64,000 nt of DNA from Candidatus Latescibacterota bacterium (lineage in GTDB: Bacteria; Latescibacterota; UBA2968; UBA8231): positions 4,640,001 to 4,704,000 of the forward strand of contig OZ252098.1 in the NCBI GenBank assembly GCA_965248355.1. The letters are read 5' to 3'. Position numbers and translations under genes: made by a program. The notes below the pieces were generated by a model, which was given only the letters and a program-made list of their open reading frames with translations, had not been told where the DNA came from and searched no databases. Positions 19,187-28,272 of the stretch are shown one piece after another; positions within the stretch are counted from its first letter, which is position 1; every line of letters begins with the position of its first letter.

Positions 19187-22183
19187 TCAGGGGGCCAGCA
19201 CCAGCCGGTTGTTGTGCTCGGCGATCTCGGGGATCCGGTCCTCGGGATCCACCTCGATCACGTCACCGGCGCGGGTTCCCTCGAAGCTCACGGTCACCCG
19301 GCGGGGATGGAGGTCGAGGGGGGCCTCGAGCCTCTCGATGGTCCGGCTCCCCACCACCCGGCCCCCGCGCCGGGCCGTGACCCGGACCTCGGCGGCTTCC
19401 ACGCTCCCGATGTTGTGCACCCGCACCCTCCCGGAGTCCGCCTGGGACAGGGCCAGGTCCGGCCGCCGCCGCAGGTCGCCGAGGGCCTGCAGTTGCTCGA
19501 CCCGGACCACCGTCACCTGCCGGGGCGGCAGGGTGAGGGGGATGGCCGAGTACCGGCGCAGGTTGCGCGTGCGGCGGTCGGCCGCCTCCTCGAAGCGTCC
19601 GTCGTCATCGCGGTCGAGGCCGGTCTCGACACGGTAGCGGCCGGGCTCGAGCCGCCAGATCCGCATTCGGCCCCCGACCTCATCCTCCCGGAAGTTGTAG
19701 AGGGCCACCCGCAGCGACCGGGGTCCCGCCTCCCAGACGAGGGCCGCGAAGTCCTCGCCCCGCAGGCCTTCGTAGCTCACCGCGGTCAGGTTCAGCCAGC
19801 GGTTGCGGTTCGGCGCGTCGCCGAGGTAGCAGGAGATGGCGGTGGTGGCCCTGTAGGTCAGGACGCGGTCGGTCTTCTGCTCGGCGGCGGTGGTCATGTA
19901 GCGGTAGCGGCGGTACCAGGTGAGGGAGTCGGAGAGCCAGCGCTCCAGCAGGGCCCGGTCCTGGTTGACGAAGAACCCGGCATAGCCGCTCTCCGGACCG
20001 GAGAGCTTCTCGCGCAGATGGCTCCCATAGGGCTCTTCCCAGGGCACCAGGGCGTGGGGCGTCCGTCCGTACCTCGCCCGGACGCCGGTGAACCCGCCGC
20101 CGTCGACGCCCATGCGGTAGGCCCGGTGCCAGTCGGGGTCCCCGGTCAGCAGGTAGAGCCCCAGCAGCTCGGTCAGGGGAGCGACGTTGGCCGACGCGGG
20201 CAGGTCCGTCACCCGGATGGGCTCGCCGGTGAGGATGTCCACCTTCTCGACGAAGGCCCCCGGCCGCTGGTAGTCGAGCCAGGTGTGGCCCCACCTCGCG
20301 TAGCGCTCCAGGACGGCGGGGTGGCCGTTGTAGTCGGCCACGACGTGCATGGGATGGAGGAACAGGCGCGCCGGAGCCCATCCGAAGGCGCCGGGGCTGG
20401 CGCCGATCTCGGCGAATCCCCGGCGCGCCTCCTCGATCCCGAGGCGGTCGCCGCCGAAGTGCAGGCGGCCGTCGCCGGTCTCCACCATCAGGCGCATGGC
20501 CGAGCGCGCCGACGCCATGACCCGCTCGAAGTGGAGGGGATCGCCGTAGTTCCACCAGGCGTTCAGGGCGAGCTGGTTCACCCCTTCCTCGTAGGCGTGG
20601 AGGGGGTCCATGGAGCGCTTGTTGATGCCCTCCTCCAGGCGGTGCTCCACCACGAGGTCGGCCAGCTTCGCCGCGGCCTCCCGCAGCAGGGCGCCCAGGG
20701 GTTCGCTCTCGATCATGGGCAGGCACTGCCAGACCTGGAACAGGTCGGTGTCGTCCTGCGGCCCTCCGCCCAGCTCCCCGTTGGCGACCAGCCGGTTGTC
20801 CAGCCACCAGCGGACGATGCGGGCCTGCTCCTTCCAGTTCTCCCGCACCAGGACCGCCCAGCGGGGCGCTCCCGGCTCCCCGGGCAGCTCCGGCGGCGGC
20901 AAGGGCTCATGGCGGTCCATGTTCTGGTAGATCCAGTCGTGGTACTCGGCGATGAGGGAGTCCCGCGGCGCCAGCAGACGGGCGGCCTCCACCGTTTCCA
21001 GCAGCTCGGTGAGCGAGGTCCGGTAGCGCTCGATGGGCGGGCTGGAGGCGATCTGCTCCCGCACCGGCTGCCCGTGCCGCAGGTGCATCCACGGGCGGGG
21101 CTCGCTCATGGCCGAGAACAGGCCGCGCAGGAGGAACTTCCGCCAGGCCACCGCCTCGGGCAGGGCCTCGGCGCGCGGGACCGGGTGCGCCTTCAGCTTC
21201 ACCGAGGCGAGCCGGCAGGGGGAGCCGGACTCGATCGACACCCGGACCCGCGGTTCAGGGGCGACGGGTCCGGCCATCCTCGGGGGACGCGTCCACTCGT
21301 CCCGCGGCGGCAGGAACACCTGGTCGGGGAGATCGAGACCGGCCGCGTAGCGGCCCGGCCCCCGGAGGCGGAAGTCGACGCTGATGGCGTCGCGGCGGGC
21401 GTCGAGCACGTCGCCCACGCGGACTGACAGGACTGCCCCGGGATCGGCCGTGGAGACCTCCAGCTCGAGGGTGACCGCCGCGATGGCCAGGGCGGGGTCG
21501 GTCCAGGGAGCGGAAATCTCCGTCGGGGTTCCGGGCGCCAGCTCGAGGCCCTCGGCGCCGGCCAGCTCGCCCAGGTCCATCGCCGGCAGATCGACCTCGC
21601 CCGGGTCGACCCGAAGAACCGTCAGGTCCCGGAGCGCCCCGTCCTGGCCCGGCTCCTGGAAGAAGGACAGGCGGCGAGCCGGGACCCGCCGCTCGAACCG
21701 CCGGCTGAACGCACCGTTGAGGGGCCGCACCTCGCACAGGGGCGGCTCGTCCGGCGGGTGCAGGCCCTCGCGGCCGGCGTAGACCCGGCCCCGCCAGCGG
21801 CCGCGGATCTGGATCGCGTCGAAGCCGGCTTCCGCCAGGGTCACGTGGAGCCCGTCGTTGCCGTTGAACAGGCGGTAGTTCACCGCGGGGGTCCCGTGAA
21901 GCCCCTGCCACTCGCCCACGGTGCCGGTGGGGTAGCGAGTGTCCACGCGCCCGTCCACCGGAGCGTGGGTGAAGCCGCGGACGAGGCGGCAGTCCACGGG
22001 CAGGATCTTGCGCACCTGCAGGGGCTGGCCGGGCTGCAGGTCGATCCCGTCCGAAGCCTCCGGCGCGGCGCCGGCGAGGGCACACCAGAGCCAGCTCAGT
22101 GAGGCCCGCCCGAGACGCGATCTGGCTGTGCGCCTGGCTCGGGCGGGGACGGCGAAGCTCATCGGAGAAGGCAGGTCATGCAC
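19187..22183 (-). CDS. Large hypothetical (probably secreted) protein with helical core and C-terminal CARDB-like domain
   Basis: 998-aa ORF; C-terminal PDLAL...VHNIGS...VDPEDRIPEIAEHNN; start uncertain. Confidence 0.65.
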   Translation of the reverse strand: MHDLPSPMSFAVPARARRTARSRLGRASLSWLWCALAGAAPEASDGIDLQPGQPLQVRKILPVDCRLVRGFTHAPVDGRVDTRYPTGTVGEWQGLHGTPAVNYRLFNGNDGLHVTLAEAGFDAIQIRGRWRGRVYAGREGLHPPDEPPLCEVRPLNGAFSRRFERRVPARRLSFFQEPGQDGALRDLTVLRVDPGEVDLPAMDLGELAGAEGLELAPGTPTEISAPWTDPALAIAAVTLELEVSTADPGAVLSVRVGDVLDARRDAISVDFRLRGPGRYAAGLDLPDQVFLPPRDEWTRPPRMAGPVAPEPRVRVSIESGSPCRLASVKLKAHPVPRAEALPEAVAWRKFLLRGLFSAMSEPRPWMHLRHGQPVREQIASSPPIERYRTSLTELLETVEAARLLAPRDSLIAEYHDWIYQNMDRHEPLPPPELPGEPGAPRWAVLVRENWKEQARIVRWWLDNRLVANGELGGGPQDDTDLFQVWQCLPMIESEPLGALLREAAAKLADLVVEHRLEEGINKRSMDPLHAYEEGVNQLALNAWWNYGDPLHFERVMASARSAMRLMVETGDGRLHFGGDRLGIEEARRGFAEIGASPGAFGWAPARLFLHPMHVVADYNGHPAVLERYARWGHTWLDYQRPGAFVEKVDILTGEPIRVTDLPASANVAPLTELLGLYLLTGDPDWHRAYRMGVDGGGFTGVRARYGRTPHALVPWEEPYGSHLREKLSGPESGYAGFFVNQDRALLERWLSDSLTWYRRYRYMTTAAEQKTDRVLTYRATTAISCYLGDAPNRNRWLNLTAVSYEGLRGEDFAALVWEAGPRSLRVALYNFREDEVGGRMRIWRLEPGRYRVETGLDRDDDGRFEEAADRRTRNLRRYSAIPLTLPPRQVTVVRVEQLQALGDLRRRPDLALSQADSGRVRVHNIGSVEAAEVRVTARRGGRVVGSRTIERLEAPLDLHPRRVTVSFEGTRAGDVIEVDPEDRIPEIAEHNNRLVLAP

Positions 22184-22210
22184 GGGGAAGAGCGGGGCGG
22201 CGGGCTGGCC

Positions 22211-22481
22211 GGACGTGGCCGGGGAAGGTCAGGCAGAGAAGGCCGGTCGCACGAGGCCCGAGCCGCGGACGGGCGTCGGCGAAGGGGAGGCAGATCCTCG
22301 CAGGGGGCCAGGGCCGAGATCGGGCCGCGGGCCAAGGACGGGCGGTACCAGCCCAGGCCGAGTTCGGAGGGCAGGACATGGCACCCGGCGAGAACCCGGA
22401 GCCGGCGGCGGGCCCCGGACGGGCGGCGTCGGCAAAGGTCCAGCAGAGCAGGCGGTTCAGCGCACGAGGCCGGAGCCGCGG
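22211..22481. repeat. Degenerate intergenic direct repeats
   Basis: GGACG...GG(C/G)(G/A)AAGG...GCAGA at 22211, 22267 and 22417; CGCACGAGGCC(C/G)GAGCCGCGG twice. Confidence 0.55.
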
Positions 22482-22543
22482 TCCGGCGGCGGTCCCCGGT
22501 CCGGCGCCCAGGACGATCCGTCGTGCCAGCGGGCTCCCGCCCT

Positions 22544-23293
22544 TCAGCCGGCCCTCCGCGGAGGCCAGGTGACGAAGTACTCCGGCGCCCAGCGCCGGGA
22601 CAGGTGAAACCGCCGTTCCTGGTAAGCCCCGGCCGCCGGCGCCGTCTCCGCCTCGATCCACGCTTCGGCGCCGGCCAGCTCGGGGAACTCCAGGATCCAG
22701 ACCAGTTCGCCCTCGTCCGCGGTCCCGAGGAGGCGGAAGACCTCCCCGTGCAGGAGGCCATGCTCGCGGGCTATCTCCCGCAGCCGCTGCCGGCGCTCCT
22801 CGTCCCCCCGCGTCCGCGGGTCGATCTCGTCGGAGCCGCGCCGCCAGCCGCCGAAGGCGAGGACCACTACGGAGGAGGGGTCAACGGCCAGGGGCGCGAT
22901 CACGTGCGGATCGGCGTCCGGCGGAACGGGGGGCTCGGGCCTGCGGGGCAGCCAGTCCAGGCTCCGCGGCTGCCAGCGCCGGGCGAGGGAGTAGTCGTGG
23001 AAGCCGTAGCGCCCGTACGGGGGCTCCACCTCCGCCGTCATCCAGGCCTCGGCGCCGGCCAGGTCCGGGAACTCGATCGTCCAGAACCGCACCCAGTCGC
23101 CCAGCGGCGCCAGCAGGCGGTACCCGTGCAGGCCCATCAGGCGGTGCCGCTCGGAGACGGAGAGCATCAGGTCCACGTGCCGGCGCTCGTAGTCGGCCCG
23201 TTCAGCCTCCTTGAGCCGGTGCCACGATGGCAGGCGTCCGCCCCGGAACAGGATGACGACACTGTCGCCTGGCGTCGTGTCGGTTATGGTCAT
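22544..23293 (-). CDS. Hypothetical protein with two homologous domains (darcynin/chlorite-dismutase-like ferredoxin fold suspected)
   Basis: Internal duplication WTIEFPDLAGAEAWMTAE / WILEFPELAGAEAWIEAE. Confidence 0.65.
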   Translation of the reverse strand: MTITDTTPGDSVVILFRGGRLPSWHRLKEAERADYERRHVDLMLSVSERHRLMGLHGYRLLAPLGDWVRFWTIEFPDLAGAEAWMTAEVEPPYGRYGFHDYSLARRWQPRSLDWLPRRPEPPVPPDADPHVIAPLAVDPSSVVVLAFGGWRRGSDEIDPRTRGDEERRQRLREIAREHGLLHGEVFRLLGTADEGELVWILEFPELAGAEAWIEAETAPAAGAYQERRFHLSRRWAPEYFVTWPPRRAG

Positions 23294-24125
23294 GAGGGAT
23301 AGGCTCCAGACAGGAATCGAGTGAAACGCTGCTCCAGAAAACCGGGATCCGGCCAATCCTTCCGGTCGGAGGGCAGGTGGAGAGCGGTTCCCTCAAGGTT
23401 CTTGAGGGTGGCAAGCAGGTTGCCGTCCCGTCGTTCCTGGAGGGGCGGCGAGATGTGGATTCGGAAGTCCGGATCAACCCCGATCAAGTGCGTGTCGAAG
23501 GCTGAGTGGTGAAGCGTGGACATGCAGATCCCATTCTTCACGGAGGGAAGCCCTCCATCGGCATCGGGAACAATGTGGGCACCGACCAGCAGTTCACGCA
23601 CCGGAAGGCCACTGAAGGCGCACTGGTACCCGTATGCGGCCTTGGTGCGGGCGCTGAACCATGCCTGATGGTTCCTCGATCGGGCGGTCGTAAGTGCGTA
23701 GGAGCGTGATACTCCGATGGTGAACGACCGGCGAAGTAGATGAGCGGAGCGCCCCGCTCCTTCGCCTTCCTCAGAGAACGGTTGGATGGCTCATCGGGTC
23801 CCCCGCGGGCGAGGTCATACCGCAGAAGGCCGGTTGCCTGATCAGTCCGGGCTGCAAGCGCCTGGTCGCGGTACCAGACCTCGCGTCCGGACCGGGGGAT
23901 GACTGTCTTGATACTGAGGGCGGCGCTCATCTGTCTCGGTTTGAAAATGCCTTTCGCACGGGTGGCGAAATGGACCTGTTCACCCTCGGCGTAGAATCCT
24001 CGCTGGATGTCGGACCATTGGACTCTGCCGCCGTGCTGGCGGGAGAGCCGTTCGATCGCGGCGAGCGCCGCGGCGCGAATGGGCTGGTCCGGATCGCGCG
24101 TGAAGGTGTCTTGTGCCCGGTACAT
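23290..24125 (-). pseudogene. HNH putative restriction endonuclease, deleted/frameshifted
   Basis: N-half KGIFKP...LSIKT...YDL...PLIYF; junction near 23705 into RNHQAWF...AYGYQCAFSG...GAHIVPD...NGICMSTLHHSAFD. Confidence 0.75.
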
Positions 24126-24380
24126 CGCGACTTCAATGAACTGAATTCCCTCGAAGCCGTCATCCGGGGTAGTGGGGTACTGACGCGCTATGTTGACCGC
24201 AGATCCAGGTTCGGGCAGATTCAGCACCAGTGCTCCCGGGGGAGCGCCCACGTCCGCGGTCAGGGCCAAGCCCACCCCATCTCGCTGCATTCATCGACCT
24301 TCTTTCTGCCGGTCCTGGCGAACTCTCCGGCGCTTTGGAAAGAGGGTAGATATGTCCCGTTCCCTTCCCGGTCGTCCAAG

Positions 24381-24701
24381 ATGCGGCCCGATGCCGGCCC
24401 CTTGCTGGAGGGACTGGGCGTTACGCCCGATGAGGTTTGGCGCAGGGCCGGGAACTCCGTGTCCACCGGAAGCTCGCAGGCGAGCGAAGGGCAGAGCTTG
24501 TTCGGACCAGCCGCCAAGAGGGTTGTCCAGTTCGCCGCCGCCGAAGCGAGGGGTTCCGGGGCGGGGGTCGTCCAATGCGAGCACTTCCTTCTCGGCCTGC
24601 TCAAGGATCCGGATGCAGTCGCGGCACGGGTACTGGAGTCCAAGGGCCTGAGCTACGAGTCCGCGAAGAAGCAGTTGACCAGCCAAGCATCGCTACAGTA
24701 A
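24381..24701 (+). pseudogene. Clp N-terminal repeat domain fragment
   Basis: AKRVVQFAAAEAR...EHFLLGLLKDPDAVAARVLESKG; first repeat truncated. Confidence 0.7.
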
Positions 24702-24738
24702 GGTGCTCGACCGCGATCACGAATCCATGGGAGATCCC

Positions 24739-25050
24739 ATGCCCGCTCTCGACATCGCCGATTGCATCAACGAGACCTGCCCGTGGTCGGGCAAGCCGGT
24801 GAAGGCTGACTCGCTGACAGAGTATGACGGCAAGGTCGTCGGGTTCTGCAATCCCGGGTGCCGCGACCAGTTCGAGGCCGCGATCCGCCACTTCGACCAG
24901 GCGAAGAGCTCGAAAGGAAGCGAGGCCCCCTTGCCGCCAGGCGGCGCCCCGTTGAGGACCTTCAAAGGCCGAGGTGTGAGACCCGGCGTCGATCTTGACG
25001 ATACCTCTTCGCTCCTCGATCTGACGGACCAGGACGGTGGTCCTCCTTGA
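24739..25050 (+). CDS. Small YHS-like Cys protein fused to an antitoxin C-terminal remnant
   Basis: CINETCPWSGKPV...VGFCNPGCRDQF, followed by LRTFKGRGVRPGVDLDDTSSLLDL. Confidence 0.65.
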   Translation: MPALDIADCINETCPWSGKPVKADSLTEYDGKVVGFCNPGCRDQFEAAIRHFDQAKSSKGSEAPLPPGGAPLRTFKGRGVRPGVDLDDTSSLLDLTDQDGGPP

Positions 25051-25105
25051 CTTCCATGTGGCTCTCCAGCCCCACCGCGAGGATGCCCCTCGCTTAGCTC
25101 GCCAG
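24952..25105 (+). pseudogene. Decayed VapBC toxin-antitoxin remnant
   Basis: Antitoxin-type tail PGVDLDD.S.LLD overlapping GTG at 25037 reading VLLDFHVALQPHREDAP, like PIN-toxin N-termini (ILxDVNVLxxAHRxDxP). Confidence 0.5.
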
Positions 25106-25113
25106 ACGACACC

Positions 25114-27525
25114 GTGAACCTCGTCGTCGACACGGAGCTGCCGCCGGCCGCACGCTGGGCCCTCGACCAGCTGACGCGCGTCCTCCGCGCCCGAGGGGAA
25201 TCCCCCGAGACCACCGCCGCCACTGGAGCGGATCCCGCCTTCGTCATCGGCCTGGCGGGCTCGCCGGCCGTGGAGGATGGCCTCTCCCGCGGCGGGACAG
25301 ACTGTCCCGCCGCACCTGAATCGCTGGTCCTCCAGCCCCTCGCCGGCGGCGGGTTCCTCATCTGCGGGCGGGACGAACCCGGCCTGACGTACGCCATCCT
25401 CGAAGCGGCGCGCGCCGTCGAGCTGGCCCCGCCGGAGGCCGACGTCTTCGCGGCCATCGCTCCCGCGGTTCAGTCCCCGCATCTGGCCTGGCGCAGCATG
25501 CAGCTCTTCCTCTGCAACCGCCGGCTCGAGGAGACCTGGTTCTACGACGACGAGTTCTGGGAGGACTACCTGGGCCGGCTGGCGCGCTGCCGCTACAACA
25601 ACCTGAGTCTCACCTTCGGCCACCAGATCGCCTACCTGTCCCCGCCCTATCCCTTTCTCCTGGAGGTCCCCGGGTTCCCGCAGGTCCGTCCCACCGGCTT
25701 CACCGCCGAGCAGCGTTCCCGGCACCTGGAGATGCTGATCCGCGTCGCCGGGCTCACCCGCCGGCGCGGCCTGCACTTCACCTTCGGCGTCTGGTCCCAG
25801 CACGCCCACGACTACGGGGACTCCATGGTGGAGGGGCTCACCCCGGAGATCCTGGCGCCGTACAACGCCGCCGGCCTGGCGCGGCTGCTCGCCTCGTGTC
25901 CCGCGATCGACGGCGTGCAGTTCCGCATGAACCACGAGTCCGGCGTCGCCGAGGACCGCCAGGCCGGGTACTACGAGCCGCAGTTCCGCGCCATCGCCGG
26001 GTGCGGCCGGCCCATCCGCCTGGACCTGCGCGCCAAGGGGCTCACCGACGACACCATCCGGCTCGCCCGCGGCCTCGTCCCGGACACGGTGGTCTCCACC
26101 AAGCACTGGTGCGAGCATCTCGGCCTGCCCTACCCCATGCCGGCGATCCAGCGGTTCGACCGCAAGAACTACCGCCGCTACGGCACCTGGGACCTGCTGC
26201 GCAAGCCCCGCTCCTTTGCGCTGATCCACCGACTCTGGAGCGCGGGCAGCCAGCGCGTGCTGCTGTGGGGGGATCCGGAGTGGGTGCGGCGCTTCGCCCG
26301 GTCCTGCACCTTCGGCGGCGACGGTTTCGAGGTGATGGCGCCGCTGACCAACAAGGGCGTCCGCGACGAGGAGCCGCCGTGGTTCGTCAGCACCGATCCC
26401 GCCTTCCGGTCCCCCGCCGCGGAGCACCGGCGGCACTGGCTGTTCCACCTGCTCTTCGGCCGCCTGGGATACGACCCTGACAGCGATCCCGAAGTCTGGC
26501 TGCGCGAGCTGCGCCACCGTTTCGGCGCCTCGGCGGCTTCGGTGGAAGAGCTCTACCGTGCCGGCGGCCAGGTTCTGCCCCTGCTCACCGTGATGCTGCA
26601 GCACTCGGCCAGCCTCTGGACCTTCTGGCCCGAGCGCTTCGCCGGCCGCGGCCTGGAGGAGGACGCTCGCACCGAGCCCAGCGACCCGACCCGGTTCTAC
26701 GGCATCGAGGAGTACGTGGAGGACGCCTTGGGCGGCCGCCTCTGCGGCAAGTGGACGCCGCCCCACGTAGTGCATCATCTGCGCCGGCTCGCCGCAGAGG
26801 TGCGCGGCCTTCTGTCCGGCTTCGGTGGAGATTCAGGGGAGCCGGAGCTACGCCTCACTCTGCTCGACTTCACCCTGCTCACGCACCTGGCGGAGTACCA
26901 TGCCTGCCGCCTGCTGGCGGCCGCCCACCTCGCCTTTCACCGCAGGACGGGAGAGGTCCACCGCCTGCCCGCTGTGCGCGAACTACTGCTGCAGGCGCGG
27001 GACCACTGGACGGCCCTGTCCTCAGCGGCCGAGGGCGCCTACCGCGGCGATCTGGTCTTCGGGTTCCGCGAGAAGGGCCACACCGGCCACTGGAAGGACG
27101 ATCTGGTGGTGATCGAGGGCGACCTGGCCGCAATCGGCGCTCTCATGGCAGGACAGCCGGAGATGCCGTCCGCCGGACCCGTGTCTTTCCCCGGCGGGGA
27201 GGTCCATCCCGATACGCCGGAGGTGGCCTTCTTGCCTCCGGCCTGCGCCACAGCCGGGTGCGATCTGGAACTTCACATCCGGTGCGCATCACCCACGCCG
27301 CGCGCCGTCCGCTGCTATCACCGGATCGCCCATCAGGCCCTGGACTTCGACAGCATCGACATGCATCCCGAGGGCGACGGGAATGCCGTGGTGATCCCCG
27401 GCCATGCCATCGATCCCGCCTGGGACCTGATGGTGTTCTTCGAGTTGTTCTTCGACGATGGCCGGGCCACCCGCTGGCCGGACTGGCGCATCCGCACGCC
27501 CTATTTCGTCATCGGGACGGAATGA
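25114..27525 (+). CDS. Hypothetical glycoside-hydrolase-like protein
   Basis: 803-aa ORF; N-domain PESLVL...ICGRDEPGLTYA resembles GH67/GH115/GH20-type N-domains; IDGVQFRMNHESG. Confidence 0.6.
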   Translation: MNLVVDTELPPAARWALDQLTRVLRARGESPETTAATGADPAFVIGLAGSPAVEDGLSRGGTDCPAAPESLVLQPLAGGGFLICGRDEPGLTYAILEAARAVELAPPEADVFAAIAPAVQSPHLAWRSMQLFLCNRRLEETWFYDDEFWEDYLGRLARCRYNNLSLTFGHQIAYLSPPYPFLLEVPGFPQVRPTGFTAEQRSRHLEMLIRVAGLTRRRGLHFTFGVWSQHAHDYGDSMVEGLTPEILAPYNAAGLARLLASCPAIDGVQFRMNHESGVAEDRQAGYYEPQFRAIAGCGRPIRLDLRAKGLTDDTIRLARGLVPDTVVSTKHWCEHLGLPYPMPAIQRFDRKNYRRYGTWDLLRKPRSFALIHRLWSAGSQRVLLWGDPEWVRRFARSCTFGGDGFEVMAPLTNKGVRDEEPPWFVSTDPAFRSPAAEHRRHWLFHLLFGRLGYDPDSDPEVWLRELRHRFGASAASVEELYRAGGQVLPLLTVMLQHSASLWTFWPERFAGRGLEEDARTEPSDPTRFYGIEEYVEDALGGRLCGKWTPPHVVHHLRRLAAEVRGLLSGFGGDSGEPELRLTLLDFTLLTHLAEYHACRLLAAAHLAFHRRTGEVHRLPAVRELLLQARDHWTALSSAAEGAYRGDLVFGFREKGHTGHWKDDLVVIEGDLAAIGALMAGQPEMPSAGPVSFPGGEVHPDTPEVAFLPPACATAGCDLELHIRCASPTPRAVRCYHRIAHQALDFDSIDMHPEGDGNAVVIPGHAIDPAWDLMVFFELFFDDGRATRWPDWRIRTPYFVIGTE

Positions 27526-27556
27526 GGCTGGACCAAGCGTCGGCCTCCTCCTATGC

Positions 27557-27585
27557 TTGACGTAATACGCAAGGCGTCCTAATCT
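27557..27585 (+). promoter_or_regulatory. Sigma70-type promoter of higBA
   Basis: TTGACG-17 nt-TAATCT; internal ACGC-AAG-GCGT dyad. Confidence 0.65.
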
Positions 27586-27591
27586 GCATTG

Positions 27592-27879
27592 GTGATCCGG
27601 TCATTCGCCGACAGTGGAACACGGCGCCTGTTCGAGGAAGGCCGGCAACGGGGCTTTCGGGGCCTCGAATACGAGAGGGCGCTCATCCTGCTCGACGCCT
27701 TGGACGCGGCGCCTGGGCTGGCGCCGCTCCGGGCGGTGAGAGCGGCTCGCCTGCATGCGCTGAAGGGCTCGAGACAAGGCCGCTGGGCCATGACCGTGAA
27801 TGGCCGATGGCGTGTCACGTTCCGCTTCCATGACGGCAACGCGCACGACGTGACCATTGAGGACTACCACAAGGGCTGA
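27592..27879 (+). CDS. higB: HigB/RelE-family toxin
   Basis: IRSFAD.GT, RLHALKG, WAMTVNGRWRVTFRF, EDYH. Confidence 0.9.
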   Translation: MIRSFADSGTRRLFEEGRQRGFRGLEYERALILLDALDAAPGLAPLRAVRAARLHALKGSRQGRWAMTVNGRWRVTFRFHDGNAHDVTIEDYHKG

Positions 27880-27892
27880 GGAAGGCTTGCCA

Positions 27893-28183
27893 ATGCCACG
27901 CATCAGGACACACCCCGGACAACTCCTCCGGGCGGAACTCGACGCCCGGAACATGAGCGCGAACCAGCTGGCCCTCGCCATCCGGGTGCCCGCAAACCGA
28001 ATCACGACGATCCTTCGCGCCGAGCGGTCGATCACCGCCGATACGGCCGTCCGCCTCGGGCGCTACCTCGGCACTGGGGCCGTCTTCTGGATGAATCTCC
28101 AGAGCCAGTTCGACATATCGCTGATCGAAGCCACAAAGGGCGACGTCATCGACCGGGAGCTCTCCGGCGCAGCGCCAACCTGA
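27893..28183 (+). CDS. higA: HigA antitoxin (HTH)
   Basis: HPGQLL, LALAIRVPANRI, ITADTAVRL, FWMNLQ. Confidence 0.9.
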   Translation: MPRIRTHPGQLLRAELDARNMSANQLALAIRVPANRITTILRAERSITADTAVRLGRYLGTGAVFWMNLQSQFDISLIEATKGDVIDRELSGAAPT

Positions 28184-28272
28184 TCTGACTCAACATCCAC
28201 ACTTGATCCCCGTCCCAGGCCGCGCCCCGGTCCCCGCGGTGGCGTAGCCGTCCCGCTTCCAGCTTGCGCTGG

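Noticed and set aside
18830..21427. Long antisense or alternate-frame ORFs (e.g. 865 aa here; also 24601-26778, 41606-42877, 50509-52647, 52663-54648)
   Set aside because: Shadow ORFs of high-GC genes; the real protein motifs lie on the other strand or frame.
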